A DNA stretch of 24,225 bases, taken from NCBI GenBank assembly GCA_023252315.1, contig JAJPEB010000001.1, forward strand, positions 1 to 24,225. The letters run 5' to 3'. This document shows, piece by piece, positions 5,469 to 13,736 of the stretch. This stretch comes from Candidatus Woesearchaeota archaeon. Its GTDB lineage: Archaea; Nanobdellota; Nanobdellia; Woesearchaeales; UBA525. The notes under the pieces were generated by a model that saw only the letters and a program-made list of their open reading frames with translations, was not told the origin of the DNA and made no database searches. Numbering within the stretch: position 1 is the first letter of the stretch; every line of letters starts with the position of its first letter. The translations under genes were made by a program, and so were the position numbers.

Positions 5469-8027
5469 CTACGATGATTGTCTTACCAGTCTTCTAATAA
5501 ATATTTCGAGCAGGAATATGAGGATCGCGAGCGCGATGAAGGGGTTGCGCAGCTCCGTCTTCTCGACGGTCACGCGCGTGCTCGTCGTCTTGATGCGCTC
5601 GGCGATCGCGTCGACCTGGTCGGGCGTGAACATCTGCCCGCCGGAGATGCCGACCGCGGTCGCGAGGTCGGGCGAGACGCCCGCGCGCCACTGCTCCGAC
5701 TCGTCGTTCACCGCGTACGGGATGCCGCACGCGGTCGCGAAGCCCACCTGCCTGGGCGTGAACGTGAAGACGTACGAGTCGCCCGAGCTGCGCGCGAACG
5801 CGAGGGGGGTGTCGGCGCACTTGCCCGACACGGGGTCCTTGCTCGTGAACGTGACCTCCGTCTCGTGCCCCACGATCGCGGAGCCGACCTCGACCGTGAC
5901 GGGGTCCTTGCGCCGCGGGTCGCCCACCGCCCAGAGCACCGTGTTGCGCACGAGGTCGCTGTTGTTGCCCGAGAGCAGCGGCCCCAGGCCCGATGCGGTG
6001 AACACGTTGAGCGCGGCCACGCGGCCGTTGAAGTAGTTCCAGACCGTGAGCGCGGGGGCGCCCGAGTCCGTCTTCACGAGGATGCGGCTGCCGTCCTTGG
6101 GCGCGACCTCGTTGTAGCCGTTGAGCGTCGCGTCGAGGCTCACGTCCTTCGTGATGAAGTGCGTGAGGCTGAGCGTGACGAGCTGGAAGTCCTCGCCGAA
6201 GCCCTTCTCGTTCGGGTCGCCGTACTCGAGCATGAGGCGCTGCATGTTCGTCGCGCGATCGTACAGGCCGTCGCTGCGCTGCGCCATGTTGACGAGGTAC
6301 TGCTCGTCGACCGCCTTCGCGAACTGGTCCGAGCTGTCCTGCGAGCCCACGCCGATCACGTGTGTCTTGATGCCGTACTGGCGCTGCGCGTTCGCGATGA
6401 TGCTCTCGACCTGGCTCTTGGGGCCCGCGTCGATGTCGCCAAGGCCCGCGCTGAAGCGCCCGTTCGTGAGGAACACGATCGTCTTGCTGCCCGACTTGTC
6501 CTTGAGCATGTCGACGGCCGCGCGCAGCGCGAGGTCGGGCGCGGTCGTGCCGCCTCCCTGGATGCGCGAGATCCTGTCAGTCACCTCCTTCTTGTTCTGG
6601 TAGAGCGGCGCCACGTCCGCGATCTTGACCACGCTCGCGGCGATCGTCTCGTCCGCGGTGTCGTGCGACTGCCCAGTCGTGCTCACGCCGAACGCGACGA
6701 CGCCGACGTTGTTCTTGAGGTCGAGGCTGCCGATCGCCGACGCCGCCTGCGCCTTGATGATGTCGAGCACGCTCACCGTGTCCGTCACCGTCTCGAGCTT
6801 GCCCGTCTGCGGGTTCATGACCTGGCGGGTCGCGCCCGTGCTGCCGCTCACCTGGATCACGAACACGAGCGTGTTGTCGCCGAGGTTGCGCTTGGGCTTG
6901 CCGACCTTGACGGGGAGCAGCGACTCGAAGCGCGTGTTCTGGTAGCTCCCGCGATCGAAGCTGTTGAAGCCGCCCACGACCACGAGGCCGTTGCCGATCT
7001 TGCCGCCCTGCTCGTCGCGCAGGAAGTCCGCGATGCGGTCGGAGTTGCCGATGCCGCTCGCCGAGACGTCGTCCACCACGATGGCCGAGTAGGGGCTCAG
7101 GTCCGACGGCATCGACGCCGCGACGGTCGTGTCGAAGAGCCCCGAGAGCGCGGACTCGAGCGGGCCGCGCGCGCTCGCGAGCGCGAGGATCTTCGGCTTG
7201 TCGAGCACCTGGAGCACGCTGTAGTGGACGTCGTTGCCCGTGTCGCCGCCCTTGGCCGCGATGCGCGCCTCGATGCGGTGGTAGCCGACGGAGAGCTGCG
7301 GGTCGAGCGTGAGCGAGCCGATGAGCGGCGCGGAGTAGGCCTGCTTGCCGTCGATCGTGACCTGCACCGGCACGGGCTGGTTGTCCGTCGCCGTGACCTC
7401 GACCCTGATGCCCGCGGGGAAGCCGAGCGGCACGCTCGCGGGCGCGTCGATGAGCACCGCGGCGTCGTAGTGCGCGGGGGTGAGCGTGATCGCGTTGATC
7501 GTGAGGTTGTTCTGGCGCGCGACCTCGGCCACGTCCTTGAGGTCGACGCCCGTGTTCGCGTCGCCGTCCGTGATGAGGAGCAGGTGCTCGGGATGCCCGA
7601 GCGCGGCGTCGCCGACGGGGCTGAGCGTCTGCGTGCCGAACGTCTGCACGGCGGTCGGCAGGCGCGACGAGAGCTGCCTCACGAGCGCGTCGGTGAAGCC
7701 CGTGTCGTACGTCGCCATGCTCGCGCTCTTGTCGACGAGCACGAGCGCGCGGGGGCTGCCCTCGCTCTCCTTCGAGATGGTCGTGAAGGGCGTCGCGAGC
7801 GCGATGAGCACGAGCATGACCGCGGCCGAGCGCATCAGGATCACGATGAGGCGCATGCGGCGCAGCTTGCGCCTGCCGACGTCGTCGAGGCCGAAGCGCA
7901 CGAAGTCGTAGAGCACGAGCCCGACGATGAGCGCGATCGCGATGGGGATTCCCCACAGGAACGAGGGGTACTTGAAGTTCGACGCGAACGCGTGCAGCGC
8001 GTCGACCACGGGCTGGTAGACCTGCAT
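5469..8027 (-). CDS. Large membrane-anchored vWA-domain protein (two vWA-like domains, plus a probable GATase-like segment), 852 aa
   Basis: Two N-terminal TMs, LVDKSAS and LLITDG (MIDAS), second domain VIQVSGS..GGT..FLTNG, C-terminal TM. TAATG overlap with the upstream gene. Confidence 0.9.
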   Translation of the reverse strand: MQVYQPVVDALHAFASNFKYPSFLWGIPIAIALIVGLVLYDFVRFGLDDVGRRKLRRMRLIVILMRSAAVMLVLIALATPFTTISKESEGSPRALVLVDKSASMATYDTGFTDALVRQLSSRLPTAVQTFGTQTLSPVGDAALGHPEHLLLITDGDANTGVDLKDVAEVARQNNLTINAITLTPAHYDAAVLIDAPASVPLGFPAGIRVEVTATDNQPVPVQVTIDGKQAYSAPLIGSLTLDPQLSVGYHRIEARIAAKGGDTGNDVHYSVLQVLDKPKILALASARGPLESALSGLFDTTVAASMPSDLSPYSAIVVDDVSASGIGNSDRIADFLRDEQGGKIGNGLVVVGGFNSFDRGSYQNTRFESLLPVKVGKPKRNLGDNTLVFVIQVSGSTGATRQVMNPQTGKLETVTDTVSVLDIIKAQAASAIGSLDLKNNVGVVAFGVSTTGQSHDTADETIAASVVKIADVAPLYQNKKEVTDRISRIQGGGTTAPDLALRAAVDMLKDKSGSKTIVFLTNGRFSAGLGDIDAGPKSQVESIIANAQRQYGIKTHVIGVGSQDSSDQFAKAVDEQYLVNMAQRSDGLYDRATNMQRLMLEYGDPNEKGFGEDFQLVTLSLTHFITKDVSLDATLNGYNEVAPKDGSRILVKTDSGAPALTVWNYFNGRVAALNVFTASGLGPLLSGNNSDLVRNTVLWAVGDPRRKDPVTVEVGSAIVGHETEVTFTSKDPVSGKCADTPLAFARSSGDSYVFTFTPRQVGFATACGIPYAVNDESEQWRAGVSPDLATAVGISGGQMFTPDQVDAIAERIKTTSTRVTVEKTELRNPFIALAILIFLLEIFIRRLVRQSS

Positions 8028-9997
8028 TACAGGTCACCCCGGAACTTGATGAAGAAGAGCTCGAAGAGCATGATGGCGAGCCCCGCGACGATGAGGTCGA
8101 GGCTCAGATCCTTGGGCACCTTGACCTCCTGCGCGCCTGCCGCGCCCACCTGCCCCTCGTCGCCAGTCACGTTCGCCTGCGCCGCGATGTCGCTCTCGAC
8201 GCGCGCGCCCTGCTCGGTGTCGGACACGCCGAACGAGGTCGAGAGGGGGTAGAGGTTCGCCGCGAGCGTCTGCGCGGACGTCTGGTAGAGGCCGCTGCGC
8301 GCGGCGAGCACGGGCGAGGCCCTCGTGCCCGCGGGGGTCTTGACCTTGCCGCCGCCGGGCGCGTTGATGACGGATCCCGTCGCGATGTTGAGCGACATGG
8401 GGTCCACGAGCGTGAAGTCCGCGATCCGTCCCCAGATGACCGCGTAGCTCTGCGGATCGATGTCCGCCTGCGGCCTGTCCCTGATGCCGTAGTAGATGAC
8501 GGCGCCCTTGCCGAGGCGCTTCGCCGCGATGACGGGCTCGGGACCGTCGTTCGTCGCCACGCTCGCGTACACGATCGAGCCGTTGGCCGCGCGCACGCGC
8601 AAGAGCTGGCCGCCGTCGACCTGGCCGATGTCCGAGAGGCCGTGCATGAGCGAGAGCGAGTCGTTGACGATGATGTCGGTGCGCCCCGAGAGCGGGTCCG
8701 CGCCCGTCTTGGGCTCGACCGGGAGCATCCCGAGGAAGTCGACTGTGAAGAGGGAGGGCTGCGCGAACACGACGAGCACCGAGCCCTGCTCGACCTGCTC
8801 CTTGAGCCCGTTCACGACGCCGGGCAGGATGAACTGCGGGTCGATGTCCTTGACGACGTAGAGGTTGTGCTGCAGGTCGGGCACCTTGGGCGGCACGCCG
8901 TAGTCGATGCCGACGCTCGTGAACTTGTCGCCCACCGCGTCGAGCGCCGCGATGACCCTGCTCTGCCTGACCGCGCCGTCGTTCGAGATGACGAGGATCG
9001 CGATGCGCGACTGCGACGGGATGCTCACGTAGTAGTCGTTGTCCGCCATGAAGTCGTCGGGCGGCGTGAGCGTGACGCGCGTGACGCCGTTGCCGAGCGG
9101 GAGGCTCACCGAGAGCAGGCTGCCCGGCTGCCCCTTGGGGGCGAGCACGTTCTGCGGGAGCTTCGCGCTCTCGCCGTTCTCGTCGAGGCCGAACTCCGCC
9201 GGGCGGTCGTTGAAGTTCTGCACCTTGAGCTCGAGCGTCGCGTTGTTCGCGTTGAGGCGCGCGTCCACGATGCCAACGTTCTTGCCGGCGACGGGCACGC
9301 TCTTGACCTCGACGAGCGCGCCCTTGCTGCGCAGCACCTTGATCTTCGCGCCGATGAGGTCGGGGTTCTCGAGGCCGCTGAGCACGAAGTCGCCCACGAT
9401 CGTGACCTTGCTCTGCGGCCCCACGAACTGCGCAGCGAGGTCGAGCGCGGACGGGAGGTCGCCCTGGATGTCGGAGGGGTCGAGGTCGTCGATGATGCCC
9501 TTGGCCTCGCTCGCGGAGAGGCGCTGCTCGCCGCCCGAGTCGAGCACCTGCGGGCTCTCGTGCGCGAGGATCAGCACGTTGCCGCTCGCGAGGCTCCCCT
9601 TCGCGAGGTCGCGGATCGCATCAAAGCGCGCGCCGTCCTGCGCCCTCGTGCTCGCGCTGTCGTCGATCACGACCACGGACTGCTCGACGAGCGAGTCCTG
9701 GCTCACGTTGATGAACGGCTTCGCGAGCGAGACCGCGAGGAGCAGGATCGCGAGGAGCTGGATCAGGAAGAGGATGTCCTTGAAGAGCGTGCGGAAGAGG
9801 CGATGGACGTTGCTGCGCCCCATGTCCTTGAGGATGAACATGAGGCTCGGGACCGCGACGTTCGTCGGCTTGGGCCTGATGAGGTAGAGGAGGATGAGCG
9901 GGACGAGGAAGGCGAGTACGTAGAGGAGCTTGTCGGGCGCGAGGAAGAATCCGGAGAAGATTCCTGCGGGGCCGAAGATCTGCGGGAAGAGCACCAT
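8027..9997 (-). CDS. BatA-like N-terminal domain plus vWA protein, 656 aa (start revised from 10039 to ATG9997)
   Basis: LVPLILLYLIRPKP..VPSLMF (BatA-type), VVIDDSAS, C-terminal TM. GAGGTG at 10010-10015 precedes ATG9997, whereas ATG10039 overlaps the TATA box. Confidence 0.85.
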   Translation of the reverse strand: MVLFPQIFGPAGIFSGFFLAPDKLLYVLAFLVPLILLYLIRPKPTNVAVPSLMFILKDMGRSNVHRLFRTLFKDILFLIQLLAILLLAVSLAKPFINVSQDSLVEQSVVVIDDSASTRAQDGARFDAIRDLAKGSLASGNVLILAHESPQVLDSGGEQRLSASEAKGIIDDLDPSDIQGDLPSALDLAAQFVGPQSKVTIVGDFVLSGLENPDLIGAKIKVLRSKGALVEVKSVPVAGKNVGIVDARLNANNATLELKVQNFNDRPAEFGLDENGESAKLPQNVLAPKGQPGSLLSVSLPLGNGVTRVTLTPPDDFMADNDYYVSIPSQSRIAILVISNDGAVRQSRVIAALDAVGDKFTSVGIDYGVPPKVPDLQHNLYVVKDIDPQFILPGVVNGLKEQVEQGSVLVVFAQPSLFTVDFLGMLPVEPKTGADPLSGRTDIIVNDSLSLMHGLSDIGQVDGGQLLRVRAANGSIVYASVATNDGPEPVIAAKRLGKGAVIYYGIRDRPQADIDPQSYAVIWGRIADFTLVDPMSLNIATGSVINAPGGGKVKTPAGTRASPVLAARSGLYQTSAQTLAANLYPLSTSFGVSDTEQGARVESDIAAQANVTGDEGQVGAAGAQEVKVPKDLSLDLIVAGLAIMLFELFFIKFRGDL

Positions 9998-10038
9998 CTC
10001 AGGAAAGGCCACCTCTGCGGGAGACCCCCTTCTCTGCA

Positions 10039-10046
10039 TTTATAAA
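10039..10046 (-). promoter_or_regulatory. TATA box (TTTATAAA) of the vWA operon
   Basis: AT-rich octamer about 40 nt upstream of ATG9997, with an SD between them. Confidence 0.55.
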
Positions 10047-10192
10047 GATATCGCAGGATTCGTCCATGGTTCTACAGGTGCGGAGATGAAGGGGACCGCC
10101 CCAATCGCGGACCGTGCGTGAGAGGCTAACGCACAAAAAAGTAACCACTTTAAAAGAGTAAAAATTATAAGACCCTCTGCGCCCCCCATCGC

Positions 10193-11107
10193 ATGATCGC
10201 CGCCGACGCAGGCCCGCAGGTCGCGACGCTGTGCGAGCGCCTGCTCGACGAGCACGAGGTGCGCGAGCGGCTCGAGGGATGCGGGCTGCGCGTGGCGTCG
10301 GCGGGCGAGCTGCCCAAGCGGCGCGACCTCACCTTCTGGTACGTGCTCCCCGACGAGATAAGGGAAAGGATCCATCGTCTCGGGAAGCCGGAGTTCAACC
10401 TGCTGCGCGTGGTGCGCGGGCGCGTCGCGGTCACGTGCGATCTCGTCAACCTCAAGGCGGGCGCGACCCTCCAGCCGTACGTGCTGCGCGAGGGCGGCGC
10501 TGCGGCATGCATCTACTCGGCGCCCGGGACGAGAGGGTACCACCTGCTGCCGAGGGGCATCTACGTCCTCGACGACGCGCGGTTCCCTCCGCTTCCCCCG
10601 ACCCCCGCGCAGCGCGTGAGCCCACCGCCCTCCCTTGCGCAACGCATTAAAAGGATGAGGCGTTGGCACCTCCATGGACGCCGAAGACATCCTGCGCGTG
10701 ATGGAGTACGCGATCACGCTCAAGGAGACCCCGCGAGCGGGCTGGCTCGTGAAGGGGATCGCGGACGCCGAGAGCGTGGCCGACCACTCCTGCGCGACGG
10801 CGCTGCTCGCGTTCATGCTCGCGCAGGACGAGCTCCTCGACGCGCACAAGGCCGCGACGATGGCGATCGTGCACGACCTCGCGGAGTCCGTGACCGGCGA
10901 CGTCATCACCGCGTCCGCGAGCGGCATCGACAAGGAGGCGCAGCGCGCAAAGCACGCGCGCGAGCGCGAGATCTTCGGGCAGATGCTCTCGGGCAACGAC
11001 GCGCTCAAGGGCCTCGCGCTCGAGTACATGGAGCAGCGCTCCCCGGAGTCGCGCATCGTCAAGGACGCGGACCTGCTCGAGCTCGCGATGCAGGCGCTGC
11101 GCTATGA
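10193..11107 (+). CDS. Hypothetical protein; only about the first 135-140 codons look coding (probable true end near 10619), and the formal ORF reads through the HD gene
   Basis: TTATAA at 10165-10170 lies 22 nt before the ATG. Normal codon usage up to about 10580, then Pro-rich and R-rich out-of-frame sequence overlapping 10674..11107. Confidence 0.5.
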   Translation: MIAADAGPQVATLCERLLDEHEVRERLEGCGLRVASAGELPKRRDLTFWYVLPDEIRERIHRLGKPEFNLLRVVRGRVAVTCDLVNLKAGATLQPYVLREGGAAACIYSAPGTRGYHLLPRGIYVLDDARFPPLPPTPAQRVSPPPSLAQRIKRMRRWHLHGRRRHPARDGVRDHAQGDPASGLAREGDRGRRERGRPLLRDGAARVHARAGRAPRRAQGRDDGDRARPRGVRDRRRHHRVRERHRQGGAARKARARARDLRADALGQRRAQGPRARVHGAALPGVAHRQGRGPARARDAGAAL

Positions 11108-11228
11108 GCGCCAGGGCCGCGCGGAGGCGGGCGCGCTCGACGAGTTCTGGAACGGCGCGCGGGAGCGCGTGCACTCCGTCGTCGCGAGGCGGCTGCTCGA
11201 GGAGCTGGAGAATTCCCGGAAAGCATGA
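10674..11228 (+). CDS. HD-domain protein, YfbR/HDDC2-like 5'-deoxynucleotidase
   Basis: LKETPRAGW, ESVADHS, AIVHDLAES.TGD and KDADLLE motifs; TTAAAA at 10647-10652. Confidence 0.9.
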   Translation: MDAEDILRVMEYAITLKETPRAGWLVKGIADAESVADHSCATALLAFMLAQDELLDAHKAATMAIVHDLAESVTGDVITASASGIDKEAQRAKHAREREIFGQMLSGNDALKGLALEYMEQRSPESRIVKDADLLELAMQALRYERQGRAEAGALDEFWNGARERVHSVVARRLLEELENSRKA

Positions 11229-11330
11229 CGCTCCGCAGGCCGTACGTCGCGCTCGCCTCCCGGAGACCGCGCTTCCGGCGCAGGGAAGTCCTCGGGGTTT
11301 CCGAGGCCCCGGGTCTGCTCCAGGGCAGCG
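11229..11330 (-). repeat. Structured intergenic repeat, copy D (more diverged, 3' closing block not evident)
   Basis: Minus strand CGCTGCCCTGGAGCAGACC (17/19 to copy B) ... CGACGTACGGCCTGCG (copy B: CGACGTAAAACCTGCG); internal hairpin 11290-11306. Confidence 0.6.
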
Positions 11331-11476
11331 ACCGCGGCATAGCGCCTAGGAATACGCAGGTGCCGCTGAGGGATCGCAAGCTGGGCGGATAATGAGAGCG
11401 GCACAGAGACGACTACCCGGGCGCCGTCCGCAGTGCCGCACAACATTTATAATCTCACTCGCGGGGCTGTGCGCGC

Positions 11477-12241
11477 GTGAAGAAGGGATCGCGCGCCTCG
11501 GCTGCGAAGGTGACGTCCGGCAGGAAGGTCTCGATCATCATCCCCGTCTACAACGAGCGCGGCACGTTCGAGCCGCTCATGCGCAAGGTGCTCGCGGTCA
11601 AGCTGCCGGTCGAGCGCGAGATCATCATCGTCGAGAGCGGATCTACCGACGGCACGCGCGCGCTCGTGAAGAAGTACGAGAGGCGCAAGGGCGTCCATGT
11701 CCACCTCCTCGATTTCTACTGCGGCAAGGGGTACAAGGTGCGCTACGGCCTGCGCAAGGCGACGGGCGACGTCATCGTCATCCAGGACGCGGACCTCGAG
11801 TACGATCCCGCAGAGTACCCGCAGCTGCTCGCCCCGATCCTCTCGGGCCGCACGCAGTTCGTGCTCGGCTCGCGCCACCTCGGCAAGAAGACGTGGAAGA
11901 TCAGGCAGTTCGACTACTCGAAGTGGTACGGCAGGCTCGTCAACGTCGGCAGCGAAGGCTTCAACCTCCTCTTCTTCCTGCTCTACGGCGTGCGCATCAC
12001 GGACCCGCAGACGATGTACAAGGTCTTCACGAGGCAGGCGATCAGGGGGGTCGCGCTCAGGAGCAACAACTTCCAGCTCGACTGGGAGATCCTCATCAAG
12101 CTCGTCAAGCGCGGCCACGTGCCGGTCGAGGTCCCCGTGAGCTACCGCGCGCGCACCGTGGAAGAGGGCAAGAAGATCCGCCTCGTGCGCGACGGGCTGC
12201 TCGCGCTGTGGGTCATCTTCAAGTACCGGTTCATGGGATGA
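11477..12241 (+). CDS. Glycosyltransferase family 2 (DPM1/polyprenol-phosphate glycosyltransferase-like)
   Basis: [43 protein letters not shown]; TTTATAAT at 11446-11453. Confidence 0.92.
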   Translation: MKKGSRASAAKVTSGRKVSIIIPVYNERGTFEPLMRKVLAVKLPVEREIIIVESGSTDGTRALVKKYERRKGVHVHLLDFYCGKGYKVRYGLRKATGDVIVIQDADLEYDPAEYPQLLAPILSGRTQFVLGSRHLGKKTWKIRQFDYSKWYGRLVNVGSEGFNLLFFLLYGVRITDPQTMYKVFTRQAIRGVALRSNNFQLDWEILIKLVKRGHVPVEVPVSYRARTVEEGKKIRLVRDGLLALWVIFKYRFMG

Positions 12242-12287
12242 GCGCAGCGGAGAAAATCTTATAATCCGGACGGCAGCCTTCGCGCGC

Positions 12288-12686
12288 ATGCCTGAAGCGT
12301 ACCCTCCCGTCTCGCGCAGCACATACCGCATCCCTCTCGCGCTGGCGGATAGCCTCTTCGGCGATCTCGAGGGGCTCGTCGCGGGCTGCGCAGGCAACGG
12401 CGGCGCGATGTCGCTGTGGGTCCGCAAGGACCGAGCGGTCGTGACGCTCGACGCCGCGCGGGCAGGAGGGGATTTCACGAGGCTCTCCGATCTCGGGAGA
12501 TACCGGGTCTCGCTCCAAGGGCCTTGCGCCCGCGACGGCAGCGACTCCGCTTCGCTCACGGAGTACGCGACGATCAGGAGGGATCTGGGAACGCTCGTCG
12601 TCACCGCACTCCCCGTCGAGCTTCCGCGCGCCGATGCGCGCACGGCGCTCATCCCCCTCCTCGAGCGCTATGCCGCCTCGAGATAG
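12288..12686 (+). CDS. Hypothetical protein, 132 aa
   Basis: TTATAAT at 12259-12265 lies 22 nt before the ATG, and the ORF fills the gap between two real genes. No family recognised. Confidence 0.6.
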   Translation: MPEAYPPVSRSTYRIPLALADSLFGDLEGLVAGCAGNGGAMSLWVRKDRAVVTLDAARAGGDFTRLSDLGRYRVSLQGPCARDGSDSASLTEYATIRRDLGTLVVTALPVELPRADARTALIPLLERYAASR

Positions 12687-12755
12687 GCTCTTCTCAGGAG
12701 CGCACGACGCCGCGTCCCGGTTACCTTTATATCCCCGTCGCGCGCCATCGCCCGC

Positions 12756-13736
12756 ATGAGAGCGATCATCACCGGCGGCGCGGGCTTCATCGGCAGCACG
12801 CTCGCGGACTTCCTGCTCGCGAAAGGGTGGCACGTCACGGCCATCGACAACATGAGCGCGGGGCGCGAGGAGTTCTACGCGCACAACCTCGGGAACCCCA
12901 GCTACCGCTTCGCGCAGCTCGACCTCAAGGACGCGCGCAAGGTCAAGGACGCCTTCGCGCAGGGCGCGGACGTCGTCTTCCACCTCGCCGCGAACGCTGA
13001 CGTCAAGGGCGGCGCCGACCACCCGACGCTCGACCTGCACGAGGGCTGCATGGCGACGTCGAACGTGCTCGAGGCGATGCGCGCGGCAGGCATCGGGAAG
13101 ATCGTCTTCTCGAGCACGGGCAGCGTGTACGGCGAGCCCGAGGTCTTCCCGACGCCCGAGGACGCGCCGTTCCCCGTCCAGACGTCCATGTACGCCGCGT
13201 CCAAGCTCTACGCCGAGGGGCTCATCTCCGCCTACTGCGAGGCGTACGGCATGCAGGCCTGGATCTACCGCTTCGTGAGCATCCTCGGCGAGCGCTACAC
13301 GCACGGCGTCGTCTTCAGCTTCTGCGCGCAGCTGCGCAAGGAGGACAGGCTCACGTTCCTCTCCGACGGCACGCCGCGCAAGTCGTACCTCTACGTCGGC
13401 GACTGCGTCGCGGGCATCTGGCACGGGCTGCAGCATGCGAAGGGGAAAGTGAACATCCTCAACCTCGGCAACGACGAGGAGATGCCCGTGCGCGACATCG
13501 CGGACATCGTCGTGCGCGAGAGCGGGAGGAAGAAGGGCGAGATCGAGTACGTGCTCGGGCAGACGCAGCGCGGCTGGATCGGCGACTCCCCGCACATCAG
13601 GCTCGACATCGCGCGCATGCGCAAGCTCGGGTGGGAGCCCGCGCTCTCGATCGAGCAGGCGATCGTGCGCACCGTGCGCTGGCTCGAGGCGAACCCCTGG
13701 GCGCTCGAGGGCAAGTACTTCCGGGGAAAGGGATGA
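12756..13736 (+). CDS. NAD-dependent epimerase/dehydratase (extended SDR)
   Basis: ITGGAGFIGS (Rossmann fold), FSSTGSVYG, YAASK (YxxxK); TTTATAT at 12726-12732. Confidence 0.95.
   Translation: MRAIITGGAGFIGSTLADFLLAKGWHVTAIDNMSAGREEFYAHNLGNPSYRFAQLDLKDARKVKDAFAQGADVVFHLAANADVKGGADHPTLDLHEGCMATSNVLEAMRAAGIGKIVFSSTGSVYGEPEVFPTPEDAPFPVQTSMYAASKLYAEGLISAYCEAYGMQAWIYRFVSILGERYTHGVVFSFCAQLRKEDRLTFLSDGTPRKSYLYVGDCVAGIWHGLQHAKGKVNILNLGNDEEMPVRDIADIVVRESGRKKGEIEYVLGQTQRGWIGDSPHIRLDIARMRKLGWEPALSIEQAIVRTVRWLEANPWALEGKYFRGKG

Noticed and set aside
10114-10140. Hairpin GTGCGT/ACGCAC next to an A6 run as a terminator
   Set aside because: The T-run precedes the stem on the minus strand and no gene ends there. 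It is more likely part of the divergent promoter region.
11281-11420. RNase P RNA (CAGGGAAGTCC, GCTCCAGGGCAG and GCACAGAGACGAC resemble CR-I/CR-II)
   Set aside because: There are no CR-III/IV/V-like segments and no downstream strand able to form P4 before the GT2 promoter at 11446.
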